Shown here piece after piece: positions 18,244 through 29,555 of a stretch of DNA of 64,000 nucleotides. The stretch comes from Candidatus Nealsonbacteria bacterium (GTDB taxonomy: Bacteria > Patescibacteriota > Minisyncoccia > Minisyncoccales > CAZKCU01): NCBI GenBank assembly GCA_047456305.1, contig CP179888.1:116421-180420 (forward strand), written 5' to 3'. The notes under the pieces were generated by a model. The model was not told where the DNA came from. It was given only the letters and a program-made list of their open reading frames with translations, and did not search any database. Position 1 is the stretch's first letter. Each line of letters starts with the position of its first letter. Made by a program: the position numbers and the translations under genes.

Positions 18244-19331
18244 AAAAAAGAAAACTTAAAATTGCTCAACTTTCTACTCCTTTTGTTAATGTTCCCCCAA
18301 AAACTTATGGCGGAACGGAGTTAGTAGTTTATAATCTTACTGAAGAGCTGGTTAAAAGAGGCCACAAAGTAACTTTGTTTGCCACCAAAAATTCAAAAAC
18401 TTCAGCCAAATTAAAATATGCTTTTAAGAAAGCTTTGGGTCTGGGAATGACGGAAGGTTTACTTTCTGAGTTGGCAAAAAAACTTTCCTGGGCCCATGCC
18501 CTGCCCTCTTTTTATCATGCTATTTTGCCTTTTGAAAAAGCGAGTGATTTCGATATTATCCATAATCACTTTCATTATTACGGATTATTTTTTTCGTCTT
18601 TGATTAAAACTCCAACTTTAACCACCTATCACGGGGATTTATCTACAGCTGAAAAAAGCCCAATAGAAAAATTAATTTTAGAAAAATATAAAAAAAATCT
18701 CTGGACAGCTGTCTCTAAAAGTCAAAAAAAACATACTAAGACAAAATTAAATTTTTTAAAAGTCATTCATCATGGAATCCCAATAGAAAAATTTCCTTTT
18801 TCCCGAAAACATCAAAATTATTTAGCTTGGTTGGGAAGAATTACCGAAAAAAAAGGAATAGTAGAAGCAATCAAAGTAGTTAAAATAACAAAAAATAAAT
18901 TAATTATTGCCGGAACAATTAATCCTAGAGATAAAGAATTTTTTAAAAAAGAAGTAAAGCCGAAAATAGACAATAAACTAATATTTTATGTTGGGCCGGC
19001 AAACCATCAAAAGAAAGTAAAACTTCTAAAAAAAGCTAAAGCTTTACTCTATCCAATTTCCTGGGAAGAACCTTTTGGTTTGGTGATGATAGAGGCTCAA
19101 GCTTGTGGCTGTCCGGTAATCGCTTTTGATAAGGGGAGTGTCCCTGAAATAGTAAAAAATGGAAAAACGGGATTTATTGTTAAAAATGCTAATGAGATGG
19201 TGAAGGCAATAAAAAAAATCGATCAAATAGACCGAAGGGAATGTAGAAAGCATGTTGAAAAAAACTTCACTATTGAGAAAATGGTCGATGAGTATGAGAA
19301 AGTGTATTACAAAATTCTAAATAAAAAATAA
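18237..19331 (+). CDS. GT4-family glycosyltransferase (paralog 3)
   Basis: PPKTYGGTELV. EPFGLVMIEAQACGCPVIAFDKGSVPEIV...KTGFIV. Overlaps previous gene by 7 nt. Confidence 0.85.
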   Translation: MVKKRKLKIAQLSTPFVNVPPKTYGGTELVVYNLTEELVKRGHKVTLFATKNSKTSAKLKYAFKKALGLGMTEGLLSELAKKLSWAHALPSFYHAILPFEKASDFDIIHNHFHYYGLFFSSLIKTPTLTTYHGDLSTAEKSPIEKLILEKYKKNLWTAVSKSQKKHTKTKLNFLKVIHHGIPIEKFPFSRKHQNYLAWLGRITEKKGIVEAIKVVKITKNKLIIAGTINPRDKEFFKKEVKPKIDNKLIFYVGPANHQKKVKLLKKAKALLYPISWEEPFGLVMIEAQACGCPVIAFDKGSVPEIVKNGKTGFIVKNANEMVKAIKKIDQIDRRECRKHVEKNFTIEKMVDEYEKVYYKILNKK

Positions 19332-19416
19332 TTTATCACTACTAAAATAAATCTTTCCCAAAAAGCCGGTCAAATTGGTAGACCGGCTTTTAAAAATCCC
19401 GACTTGCGGTAGGGGC

Positions 19417-19503
19417 GAGATTCGAACTCGCGGTACCCTTTCGGATACACTTGCTCTCCAAGCAAGCACTTTAAACCACTCAGTCACCCTACCTTATTTT
19501 GGC
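19417..19503 (-). tRNA. tRNA-Ser (anticodon GGA), long variable arm
   Basis: GGTAGGG...CTTGC-TTGGAGA-GCAAG...long arm TGTATCCGAAAGGGTACC...GCGAG-TTCGAAT-CTCGC-CCCTACC-G. 87 nt. A hairpin/T-run terminator follows on the minus strand (19365-19400). Confidence 0.8.
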
Positions 19504-20024
19504 AGTTGGGAAATTATTTTTGTAATGGTTGGATATTGGGTTGCAAATTTATAATTTAAAAGCTTCAAAATTGTTAAGAAGTCTAAGATTTCTTCTCTTA
19601 AATTTTCAGGACCAATGAAAATTTCCCAAAATTCTTCAGTTAGATTTTTAGCGTAGCTTTCTAAAACTTCAAAATCCGCTTTCTTTTTCAAATATTCAAT
19701 TATTTTTTTAAATTCGCTCCGATCAAGCCAGATTCCCTGACACAAATTACAGATATCAACGATAATCTGAGAATCGCCATAATATACCTCATAAAGCGGT
19801 AGTCGGCAAAAAGGACAAAGTCTTATTCCAGGAGATATTTTAAATTTAGTCTTATCTTTCCATAAGTCAATATCTAACCATCTTAAACTTCTATCTCTTT
19901 GGTCTTTTGCTAGTCTTAATTCTTCTGCCTCAAACCAAAGACCAAGGCAGTTAGGACAAAAATTTACCTCAACACCGCATAAAATAGCTCTATCTAATGG
20001 TTTTTTACAAAGAGGACACGTCAT
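19494..20024 (-). CDS. Zinc-ribbon protein with two TFIIB-type (zf-TFIIB-like) CxxC...CxxC modules
   Basis: CPLCKKPL...CGVEVNFCPNCLGLWFEAEEL and CPFCRLPL...VDICNLCQGIWLDRSEF. Confidence 0.5.
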   Translation of the reverse strand: MTCPLCKKPLDRAILCGVEVNFCPNCLGLWFEAEELRLAKDQRDRSLRWLDIDLWKDKTKFKISPGIRLCPFCRLPLYEVYYGDSQIIVDICNLCQGIWLDRSEFKKIIEYLKKKADFEVLESYAKNLTEEFWEIFIGPENLREEILDFLTILKLLNYKFATQYPTITKIISQLPK

Positions 20025-20028
20025 AACT

Positions 20029-20925
20029 TTAAACTTGCATTCCCCTTAATGCTTTTATTCTTTTTTCAACTGGAGGATGAGTTAAAAATAGTTTCGTGAA
20101 CCAGCTTTTGGTTTGTTTTCCTCGAAAAGGTGAAGCGATAAAAAGATGGGCGGTGGAATTGGAGGCTATTCTCATTGGATTTGGATCATCTGAAATTTTT
20201 TCCAGAGCTTTAGCTAAACCTTCCGGGTACCTTGTTAAAAGAGCCCCCGAAGCATCGGCTAAAAATTCTCTTTTTCTGGAAATAGCGAGTTTAATTAAGG
20301 TAGCTGCAACCGGAGCTAAAATAGCAGCTGAAATTCCAAGAATCACAAAAATTACTCCGCCTGAATCTCGTGACCTTCTTCCTCCCCCAAAAAAACTAAT
20401 TCTTAGAAACCAGTTTGAAAGCATAGCTATAATCCCGACTAAAATTACCACCATTGTACCCAAAAGCATATCTTTGTTCCCAATATGAGAAAGTTCATGG
20501 GCTATTACTCCTTCTAATTCTGTTCTTTCTAATTTTTCCAAAAGCCCCCGAGTAACAGCAACAACGGCATGATTTTGGTCTCTACCGGTAGCAAAGGCAT
20601 TTGGCTGTTGCTCTTCTATGATACAAATTTTTGGCAGAGGAAGGCCGGCAGCAATACAAAGATTTTCTACGATTCTATAAAGCTCTGGGTTGTCTTTTTT
20701 CTCTATTGGCTTGGCTCTAGTCATTGCCAAAACAATTTTATCTGAATACCAATAGGCAAAAAAACTTTGCAAAAAAGCAATAATTACAGCCAAAATCAGA
20801 AAAATATAATTATCCAATAAATAACTGAAAACCCAACCCAAAGCGATAATAAAAATCAAAAAGGCAACAAATAATAACCAAGTTTTACGGATATTTGATT
20901 CAGCCTGAGTATATAGAGTAGCCAT
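20029..20925 (-). CDS. htpX: Membrane zinc metalloprotease HtpX (M48)
   Basis: HEXXH motif HELSHIGNKD, TM segments, GxxxE downstream. Confidence 0.85.
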   Translation of the reverse strand: MATLYTQAESNIRKTWLLFVAFLIFIIALGWVFSYLLDNYIFLILAVIIAFLQSFFAYWYSDKIVLAMTRAKPIEKKDNPELYRIVENLCIAAGLPLPKICIIEEQQPNAFATGRDQNHAVVAVTRGLLEKLERTELEGVIAHELSHIGNKDMLLGTMVVILVGIIAMLSNWFLRISFFGGGRRSRDSGGVIFVILGISAAILAPVAATLIKLAISRKREFLADASGALLTRYPEGLAKALEKISDDPNPMRIASNSTAHLFIASPFRGKQTKSWFTKLFLTHPPVEKRIKALRGMQV

Positions 20926-20951
20926 TAATTTAAAATTAATAAGGGGTAGAT

Positions 20952-21521
20952 TTAAAACTGAACTTTCACTGGTTCTCTGGCTGTTGCCTCTTCTATCTCA
21001 AAGAAATCCATTTTTTTGAATCTGAAAAGATTGGCGACAATATTTGCTGGAAAACTTTCAATTTTGATGTTTAAATCCCTGACATTTCCATTATAAAAGC
21101 GTCTGGCAGCCTGAATTTTATTTTCAGTATCAGAAAGTTCTTTTTGCAATTCCAAAAAGTTTTCTGCAGCCTTTAACTGAGGATAATTTTCGGCTACCGC
21201 AAAAAGGGTTTTTAAGGTGCCTGCCAAGAAATTTTCAGCTTTACCAACTTTCTTTGGGTCGCCCGACTGTTCAGCTACCATTGCTGCCGTCCTGGCTTTA
21301 GTTACATTCTCAAAAACTGTTTTCTCATGAGCAGCATAGCCTTTAACCGTTTCAACTAAATTGGGAATTAAATTATATCTTCTCTTTAATTGAATGTCGA
21401 TATCTGCCCAGGCCTCTTTTGCCCGATTCAAAAGAGCAACCAAGCGGTTATAGGCAAAAATTACCCATAAAACAATAATGGCAACTATTATTAAAATAAT
21501 TCGAAAAGGGTTCATATACAC
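20952..21521 (-). CDS. lemA: LemA-family membrane protein
   Basis: N-terminal TM then AYNRLVALLNRAKEAWADIDIQLKRRYNLIPNLVETVKGYAAHEKTVFENVTKAR. Typical LemA, commonly paired with htpX. Confidence 0.85.
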   Translation of the reverse strand: MYMNPFRIILIIVAIIVLWVIFAYNRLVALLNRAKEAWADIDIQLKRRYNLIPNLVETVKGYAAHEKTVFENVTKARTAAMVAEQSGDPKKVGKAENFLAGTLKTLFAVAENYPQLKAAENFLELQKELSDTENKIQAARRFYNGNVRDLNIKIESFPANIVANLFRFKKMDFFEIEEATAREPVKVQF

Positions 21522-21671
21522 TTTTTTTAAATTAAATTTCTAACGACCTTTATGTTTGCAAAAGGCGCCTCCGGGAAGTCATCCCGGAACCCCATACCTA
21601 TTTTAGTATAACCAAAAACTCTTCCTAAGACAATAGGAAAAGTTTTTGATAGATAAAAGCTATTCTGTTTT

Positions 21672-23593
<1,922 letters not shown>

Positions 23594-23619
23594 AAATCGA
23601 GTTTTTACGCAGTAAAAAC

Positions 23620-23755
23620 GAAGATGGAGATGAAAAATTTTTTTTCATCGACACCGAGCTTCCGAAGGAAGCGACTCGAAGAGATAAATCTCTTCTCTAC
23701 CCTTCGCTGCGACTCGGGTAGGTGAAAAAGAGGACGAAGTCCTCTTCGCCTACCA
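23620..23755. repeat. Palindromic repeat family copy (reverse orientation relative to 310-452) in the groES leader
   Basis: accgagcttccgaaggaagcgactcgaagagataaatctcttctc...ttcgctgcgactcgggtaggtgaa matches the reverse complement of 395-450 and of 361-390. Confidence 0.7.
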
Positions 23756-23772
23756 ATTTATTTTATTAGTGG

Positions 23773-23799
23773 TTAGCAAACACGACCTTTGAGTGCTAA
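23773..23799. promoter_or_regulatory. CIRCE-like inverted repeat (TTAGCAAAC-N9-GAGTGCTAA), candidate HrcA operator upstream of groES-groEL
   Basis: Right half-site is a perfect GAGTGCTAA. Left half is 7/9 to TTAGCACTC. Spacer is 9 nt. ~180 nt upstream of the groES start. No hrcA in window. Confidence 0.45.
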
Positions 23800-23878
23800 T
23801 ATTCTATTTTAGAAATTAATAAAAATCTGTCAAGCCCTAACAAAGGAAGGCTAACGAAAAATCGTCAATTCGTTAGCC

Positions 23879-24343
23879 TTACTTATAGCTTTTTACTAAA
23901 AGCTTATCTTTAAAAAGCTTCCTCATTTCTTCGCTTAATTCATCAATACTTATCCCTGGACTAACAACTATTGACGGAACATCAGGATATTTTTCCAGAT
24001 GTTTTTGAGCAGCTTGAAGAGAGCTTTTTATTTGGAAATCAACTTGCTCTCCCTCTAAAGATAAAAACCAACCATCTTGATGCAAAATATAATCATGATA
24101 TCTCCATCCTGGATATTTTCCAAAACACCAAATCCATTCTTGTTTTTGCCAGAGTTCCAAAACTTGAAAAACTTTTTGAGCGCTGGCTTTGCCCTTTTTT
24201 AAACCTATTTGATAAAAAAGATATTTAATTCTCCCTGCTTTTCTTTTACTTCTCAAAAGAGATCTTTTTATGCTGTTGAATCTTTTTCTTCTACTGGGTT
24301 TCACTCTACCCATCTCCTTTCCTAGAAATATTTTATTATTCAA
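23879..24343 (-). CDS. Hypothetical protein with basic (R/K-rich) N-terminus, immediately downstream of uvrA
   Basis: 154-aa ORF, 10 nt after uvrA stop, co-oriented. No recognisable motif. Confidence 0.4.
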   Translation of the reverse strand: MNNKIFLGKEMGRVKPSRRKRFNSIKRSLLRSKRKAGRIKYLFYQIGLKKGKASAQKVFQVLELWQKQEWIWCFGKYPGWRYHDYILHQDGWFLSLEGEQVDFQIKSSLQAAQKHLEKYPDVPSIVVSPGISIDELSEEMRKLFKDKLLVKSYK

Positions 24344-24352
24344 GAACCAATT

Positions 24353-27300
24353 TTATTTTAGCATTTTCTTTAAATATTGTCCAGTATAACTTTTTTTGTT
24401 TTTGGTAATTTCAAATGGCGTTCCTTCAGTCACAATATAACCTCCCCTATCTCCTCCCTCAAGCCCTAAATCTATGACCCAATCTACGTTACGAATAATA
24501 TCGATATTGTGTTCAGACACAAGTACTGTATTTCCTTTTTCCACTAATCTTTTTAAAACCAAAACCAGTTTTTTAATATCGTAAGGATGTAAGCCAGTTG
24601 TCGGCTCATCTAAAATATAAAGAGTTCTGGCACTGGTTTTTTTAGAAAGTTCAGTAGATAGTTTTACTCTCTGGGCTTCTCCGCCAGATAAAGAAGGGGC
24701 TGGCTGACCCAATTGAACATAGCCTAAACCAACATCGTTTAAAGTTTTTAGTTTATAATATAGACCAGGAATATTTTTGAAAAATTCCAGCGCTCCCTCA
24801 ACTGTCATCTCTAAAATTTCAGCAATATTTTTCCCCTTGTATTCAATCCCTAATGTTTCCTTATCAAATCTTTTACCTTTACACTCCTGGCATTCAACGT
24901 AAACATCCGGTAAAAAATACATCTCAATCTTTATCTCTCCCTGACCCTCACAGGCCTCGCATCTTCCTCCCTTGACATTAAAACTAAAGCGACCCGGCTG
25001 ATAACCTCTGATTCTGGCTTCGCGGGTTTTAGAGAAAAGATCTCTAATATAAGAAAAGGCTCCGGTATAAGTTGCCGGGTTTGATCTCGGAGTTCTGCCA
25101 ATTGGAGATTGATCAACCAAAGCCACTTTATTTAAATTCTCAGTTCCTAAAATTTCTCGATGTTCTCCCGGCTCCTCTTTTGATTTATAAAATTTTCTCA
25201 TCAAAGCCCGGGCCAAAATGTCGTTCATCAAAGAACTTTTCCCAGAACCAGAAACGCCAGTAATACAGACAAACTTTCCTAAAGGAACCCTAACATCAAT
25301 ATCTTTCAAATTATGCTCCTTTGCCCCCTTAATCATTAAGCACTGTTGAGGCCTGGTTTCAACAGATTTTGGTTTCAATTTGATTTCTACTTTCTTTCGA
25401 CCGGCCAAATAATCTCCAGTAAGTGTATGAGCTTTAAGTAATTCTTTCGGTGTCCCCTCAAAAATAACTTTACCACCGTGTTCCCCTGCTCCAGGTCCAA
25501 TATCAATTACCCAATCAGATTTTTTAATAGTTTGTACATCATGTTCGGTTAAGACCACTGAGTTCCCCAAATCTCTAAGTTTTTTTAAAGTTTCAATCAA
25601 TCTTCCCTGGTCCCTGGCATGAAGACCAATAGATGGTTCGTCTAAAATATATAAAACTCCGGTTAATCTTGAACCAATTTGGGTAGCCAATCTTATTCTC
25701 TGTTCCTCACCCCCAGCCAAGGTTTTAGTTTTTCTATCCAAAGTCAGATAATCCAAGCCAACATCAATCAGAAATTGCAAGCGATTGATAATTTCTTTAA
25801 TAATTGGTTGGGCAATCTTGAATTCATTTTCGCTTAAGGTTTTGCGTCTCTTCCTGGTATTTTGCCGCCTCGGTTTCGCGATTTCTTCAAAAAATTCTTT
25901 TATTTTATCAATGCTCATTCCGACAATCTGATCAATCGATTTCCCTGTTATTGTTACTGCTAAGGCTTCTGGTTTTAATCTTTTCCCCTGGCACTTCTCA
26001 CATCTTCTCTCAATCATATATTTCTCAATTTCCTGACGAGCCGCTTCAGAGTCAGTTTGATAGTATCTTCTTTCCAGATTAGGAATTACTCCCTCAAAGA
26101 TCGAGCCTGCCCTCGCAGGCGAAGGTGAAGATGAAGCTTTAGCTTCATCGCCAATCGAGCTTTCGCTCGGCGAATCAAAGGACATTCTGTTCTTTTCTAC
26201 CCTTCGCTGCGCTTGGGTAAGCGAAGATGAAGAAGAAGGAATCTTCTTCGACGTGTTCGATCCATAAAGAATAATATCTAAAATTTTTTTTGATAGATTT
26301 TTAATGGGTGTATCTAATGAAAAATTACATTTTTCAGCTAAATCGGAAAGTTGCCACCAAAAATAACCCTGTCTTCCTATTTTGTGGGAAGCATGAGCCC
26401 AGGGAAAAATTGCTCCTTCTGAAAGAGATAAATTGGGATTAGGGATAACCAATGAGGGCTCAACTTCTAATTTCTCTCCCAATCCCTGACAGGCTGGGCA
26501 AGCTCCATAAGGACTATTGAAAGAAAAAAATCTTGGCTCTAATTCTGGCAGAGAAATTCCGCACTCCTCGCAGGCAAATTGTTCTGAAAAGACTTCGTCT
26601 TTTGATTTTTGACGGGCGAAGAGAACTTTGTTCTCTTCTTCCCCCTCGCTCTCCACCAAATCTTGGTGGAGAGCTCGGTTTTTAACATTTGGTATTTGAC
26701 TTACAATTAGGATGCCTTTTCCTAATTTTAAAGCCATTTCTAGAGAATCGACTAACCTTGACTTGTCTAAATCTTTATCAAGAATCAGTCTATCCACCAC
26801 CACCTCAATGTTGTGTTTTTTGTAGTGAGAAAGTTTTAATCCTGAGGCTTCCTCTATCGCCGAGCTCCGCAATGCGGAGCGAGGTGGAAGATGAGGTAAA
26901 ACCTCATCGATCCGATAAATTATTCCATCAATCCTCACCCTAACAAATCCTCCTCTCTGAATTTCTTCTAAAATCCCCCGGTGTTCTCCTTTTTTTCCTC
27001 GGATTACGGGCCCCAAAATGATAATTTCTTTCCCTTTGGGCAACTTCAAAATCTGTTCCGTAATCTGATCTATGGTCTGGCGAGTAATTAGTTTGCCACA
27101 TTTGGGACAATGAGGTTTTCCAACTCTGGCAAACAAAAGCCTAAGATAATCATAAATTTCAGTAATGGTGCCTACGGTCGAACGAGGATTATGGGCTGCT
27201 TTTCTTTGGTCAATTGAAATTGCAGGAGAAATTCCCTCGATTTTATCAACATTAGGTTTTTTCATTACCCCCAAAAATTGCCTGGCATAGGCAGATAGTG

Positions 27301-27472
27301 ATTCAACGTATCTCCTTTGGCCTTCAGCATATAAAGTATCAAAGGCTAAAGAAGACTTTCCAGAACCAGAAATACCGGTAATCACCACCATTTTATTTTT
27401 GGGAATATCAACGTTTATGTTCTTTAGATTATGCACTCTGGCGCCTCGAATTTTAATAAAATCGCCTTTCAT
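24353..27472 (-). CDS. uvrA: Excinuclease ABC subunit A (UvrA), ~90 aa longer than typical owing to in-frame repeat-derived insertions
   Basis: Two ABC ATPase modules: Walker [11 protein letters not shown] twice, signatures LSGGE, Zn-finger CxxC modules. 1039 aa. 26103-26262 encodes [47 protein letters not shown] from the repeat family. Confidence 0.95.
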   Translation of the reverse strand: MKGDFIKIRGARVHNLKNINVDIPKNKMVVITGISGSGKSSLAFDTLYAEGQRRYVESLSAYARQFLGVMKKPNVDKIEGISPAISIDQRKAAHNPRSTVGTITEIYDYLRLLFARVGKPHCPKCGKLITRQTIDQITEQILKLPKGKEIIILGPVIRGKKGEHRGILEEIQRGGFVRVRIDGIIYRIDEVLPHLPPRSALRSSAIEEASGLKLSHYKKHNIEVVVDRLILDKDLDKSRLVDSLEMALKLGKGILIVSQIPNVKNRALHQDLVESEGEEENKVLFARQKSKDEVFSEQFACEECGISLPELEPRFFSFNSPYGACPACQGLGEKLEVEPSLVIPNPNLSLSEGAIFPWAHASHKIGRQGYFWWQLSDLAEKCNFSLDTPIKNLSKKILDIILYGSNTSKKIPSSSSSLTQAQRRVEKNRMSFDSPSESSIGDEAKASSSPSPARAGSIFEGVIPNLERRYYQTDSEAARQEIEKYMIERRCEKCQGKRLKPEALAVTITGKSIDQIVGMSIDKIKEFFEEIAKPRRQNTRKRRKTLSENEFKIAQPIIKEIINRLQFLIDVGLDYLTLDRKTKTLAGGEEQRIRLATQIGSRLTGVLYILDEPSIGLHARDQGRLIETLKKLRDLGNSVVLTEHDVQTIKKSDWVIDIGPGAGEHGGKVIFEGTPKELLKAHTLTGDYLAGRKKVEIKLKPKSVETRPQQCLMIKGAKEHNLKDIDVRVPLGKFVCITGVSGSGKSSLMNDILARALMRKFYKSKEEPGEHREILGTENLNKVALVDQSPIGRTPRSNPATYTGAFSYIRDLFSKTREARIRGYQPGRFSFNVKGGRCEACEGQGEIKIEMYFLPDVYVECQECKGKRFDKETLGIEYKGKNIAEILEMTVEGALEFFKNIPGLYYKLKTLNDVGLGYVQLGQPAPSLSGGEAQRVKLSTELSKKTSARTLYILDEPTTGLHPYDIKKLVLVLKRLVEKGNTVLVSEHNIDIIRNVDWVIDLGLEGGDRGGYIVTEGTPFEITKNKKSYTGQYLKKMLK
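26103..26262. repeat. Intragenic copy of palindromic repeat family, in frame within uvrA
   Basis: tctacccttcgctgcgcttgggtaagcgaagatgaagaagaagg matches 23696-23740. Also contains palindromes gcctgccctcgcaggc and gaagctttagcttc. The uvrA reading frame is uninterrupted. Confidence 0.7.
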
Positions 27473-27530
27473 AGAAGTTATCCATTATACTCTAAATTTC
27501 CGAATCTTTCAAGAAGGGGTAAAATAAAAG

Positions 27531-27745
27531 TGGCAAAGAGAACTTTGTTCTCTTCTTCACCTTCGCTTCCTTCGGAAGCTCGGTTGGCAAAGAGAACTTC
27601 GTCCGTCGAGTCGCTACGAGACGAAAGAAGAAATACTTTTCTTCGTACTCTTCTTCACCTTCGCTTAGCGAGATTTTGCGAAGCAAAAGCGAAGATGGAA
27701 AAGAGGCTTGCCTCTTTGACCCATAAATGAAAGCTCGGTTAATGA
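27531..27745. repeat. Composite palindromic-repeat copy between uvrA and capA; overlaps annotated capA start
   Basis: Contains cttcgcttccttcggaagctcggtt, tccgtcgagtcgctacgagacgaaagaagaaatacttttcttcgtactcttcttcaccttcgct, aaagaggcttgcctctttgac and cataaatgaaagctcggttaatg, which match modules at 310-452, 6880-6905 and 63281-63331. Confidence 0.7.
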
Positions 27746-28797
27746 AAAAGATTTTTCCTTGGTTAATTTTAATTAGCTTTATCATTGCCTTAGGTTTATT
27801 TCTTTTAATTGAAATCTATCGATTTCCGAAATCAATAGATTATTCCGAACCGAGAGTAGATGAATTGATTGAGGAAAAAACAATCACTCTAATTTTGGTT
27901 GGCGATATAATGCTTGACCGTGGAGTGGAATATATGGTTGAAAAACAAGGAGGTGGAGATTTCAGGTTCCCATTCTTGAAAATCAGCGATGAACTAAAAG
28001 GAGCAAATCTCCTTTTTGGAAATTTGGAAGGGGTAATTTCTGATAAAGGAATTAAGGTCGGCAGTATTTATTCTTTTAGAGCCGATCCAAAAGCAATTGA
28101 AGGATTAAAATTTGCCGGCTTTAATCTTTTATCTTTGTCTAATAATCACGCCTTTGACTACGCAAGAGAAGCCTTAGAAGATTGCCTATTTAAGCTAAGC
28201 AAAGGAGGAATTGGTTATGTTGGAGCTGGTTTTACAGAAAAAGAGGCTTATTCTCCTTTTGTCAAAGACTACAACCCGCCCACCACATCCTCCCATTCCT
28301 CGCTTCACTCGGAACAGGCCCCTATCGAGGGTACTAAAATTGCTTTTTTGGCTTATACTAATTTAGGACCTGAAGCCTGGAAAGCTGGCGAGAAAAATTC
28401 TGGGATTGCTTGGATTTCAGAAAAAGATTTTGAAAAAATTAAAAAAGATATTGAAAATGCTAAATCTCAAGCTGATATTTTAATTGTTTCTTTACATGCC
28501 GGAGAGGAATATCAAAAAACGCCTACTCAATTTCAAATTGAATTTTCTAAAATGGCAATTGAGGCTGGAGCAGATTTAATAGTTGGCCATCACTCTCACG
28601 TAATTCAACCGAATGAAAAATATGGGAATGGCTATATTTTTTACAGTTTAGGAAATTTCATTTTTGACCAAGGCTTTTCCGAAGAGACAATGAGAGGACA
28701 AATTATTGAAGTTTTGATAGAAAACAAACAAATAAAAGAAGTTATTACAAAAGAAATTAAAATAAACAATTTTTTCCAACCAGAGATTTTAGAGTAA
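27727..28797 (+). CDS. capA: CapA/PgsA-like metallophosphatase-fold protein (poly-gamma-glutamate/capsule biosynthesis family), membrane-anchored
   Basis: LILVGDIMLDRG, FGNLEG, LSNNHAFDY, HAGEEY, GADLIVGHHSHVIQP motifs. First ATG lies inside a repeat, so the second ATG (MKKIF) may be the true start. Confidence 0.8.
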   Translation: MKARLMKKIFPWLILISFIIALGLFLLIEIYRFPKSIDYSEPRVDELIEEKTITLILVGDIMLDRGVEYMVEKQGGGDFRFPFLKISDELKGANLLFGNLEGVISDKGIKVGSIYSFRADPKAIEGLKFAGFNLLSLSNNHAFDYAREALEDCLFKLSKGGIGYVGAGFTEKEAYSPFVKDYNPPTTSSHSSLHSEQAPIEGTKIAFLAYTNLGPEAWKAGEKNSGIAWISEKDFEKIKKDIENAKSQADILIVSLHAGEEYQKTPTQFQIEFSKMAIEAGADLIVGHHSHVIQPNEKYGNGYIFYSLGNFIFDQGFSEETMRGQIIEVLIENKQIKEVITKEIKINNFFQPEILE

Positions 28798-28913
28798 TAA
28801 ACATATATATTATGCTTGACAAAATTAAAGTAGGATGCTATAATACTGTTATAGAACTTTGTAAAATAAAAATAGAGAATCAAGAAATAAACTAAAGAAA
28901 GGAGGAATAAAGA

Positions 28914-29441
28914 ATGGGAAAAAGAAAAAGAATGGACAAAAGAATAGAAAAAAGAATGGAAAAGATAATTGTGTCAGGTCTCGGTATTGCACTGGTGGTA
29001 TGCATGATTATGGGGATAATATCGCTAGTGAGATCATATACCCGAGAGGAAGCAATAGTTGAAGAAGCAACAGTTGAGGAATTTCAAGCTCAGGTTGCTG
29101 ACTTAAAACAGCAATTAGCCGAATTACAGGCCCAGCTGCAAACCCAACAACCTCTTACCCTTCTTTCTCCCAATAGCGGAGAAAAGTGGGTAATTGGAAA
29201 AACTTATCAAATTAAATGGCAATCAATTGGAGTAAATAAGGTAACGATTGAACTCCTCAGTGCCGATGTCAGAAAAACTATCACCAGCTTTCCTAACAAC
29301 CCGGGGTTCTATAATTGGACTATTTCTTCTGATATAGTTCCGAATGATAAATATAAAATTAGAGTAATTTCTTATGAACTCTCCCCAGCTATAAGTGATT
29401 TAAGTGATGATTATTTCAGTATTGTTGAGAGGGATAAGTAA
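28914..29441 (+). CDS. Membrane-anchored protein with coiled coil and C-terminal beta-sandwich (Kre9/KNH-like, tentative)
   Basis: TM IIVSGLGIALVVCMIMGII, coiled coil QAQVADLKQQLAELQAQLQ, then GEKWVIGKTYQIKWQS...VTIEL. Confidence 0.45.
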   Translation: MGKRKRMDKRIEKRMEKIIVSGLGIALVVCMIMGIISLVRSYTREEAIVEEATVEEFQAQVADLKQQLAELQAQLQTQQPLTLLSPNSGEKWVIGKTYQIKWQSIGVNKVTIELLSADVRKTITSFPNNPGFYNWTISSDIVPNDKYKIRVISYELSPAISDLSDDYFSIVERDK

Positions 29442-29473
29442 ACCTTCTTGATTCTCTATCTATTTTAAAGTTT

Positions 29474-29508
29474 AAAGCCCTAGACATGTCTAGGGCTTCC
29501 TGTTTTTT
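29474..29508 (+). terminator. Intrinsic terminator (aaagccctagac-at-gtctagggctt + cctgTTTTTT)
   Basis: 12-bp near-perfect stem followed by T6, 30 nt after the stop of 28914..29441. Confidence 0.6.
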
Positions 29509-29555
29509 ACGATAAAAGATTGAAAAATGAAAAATTTTAAGTTAAAATTTGTTAT

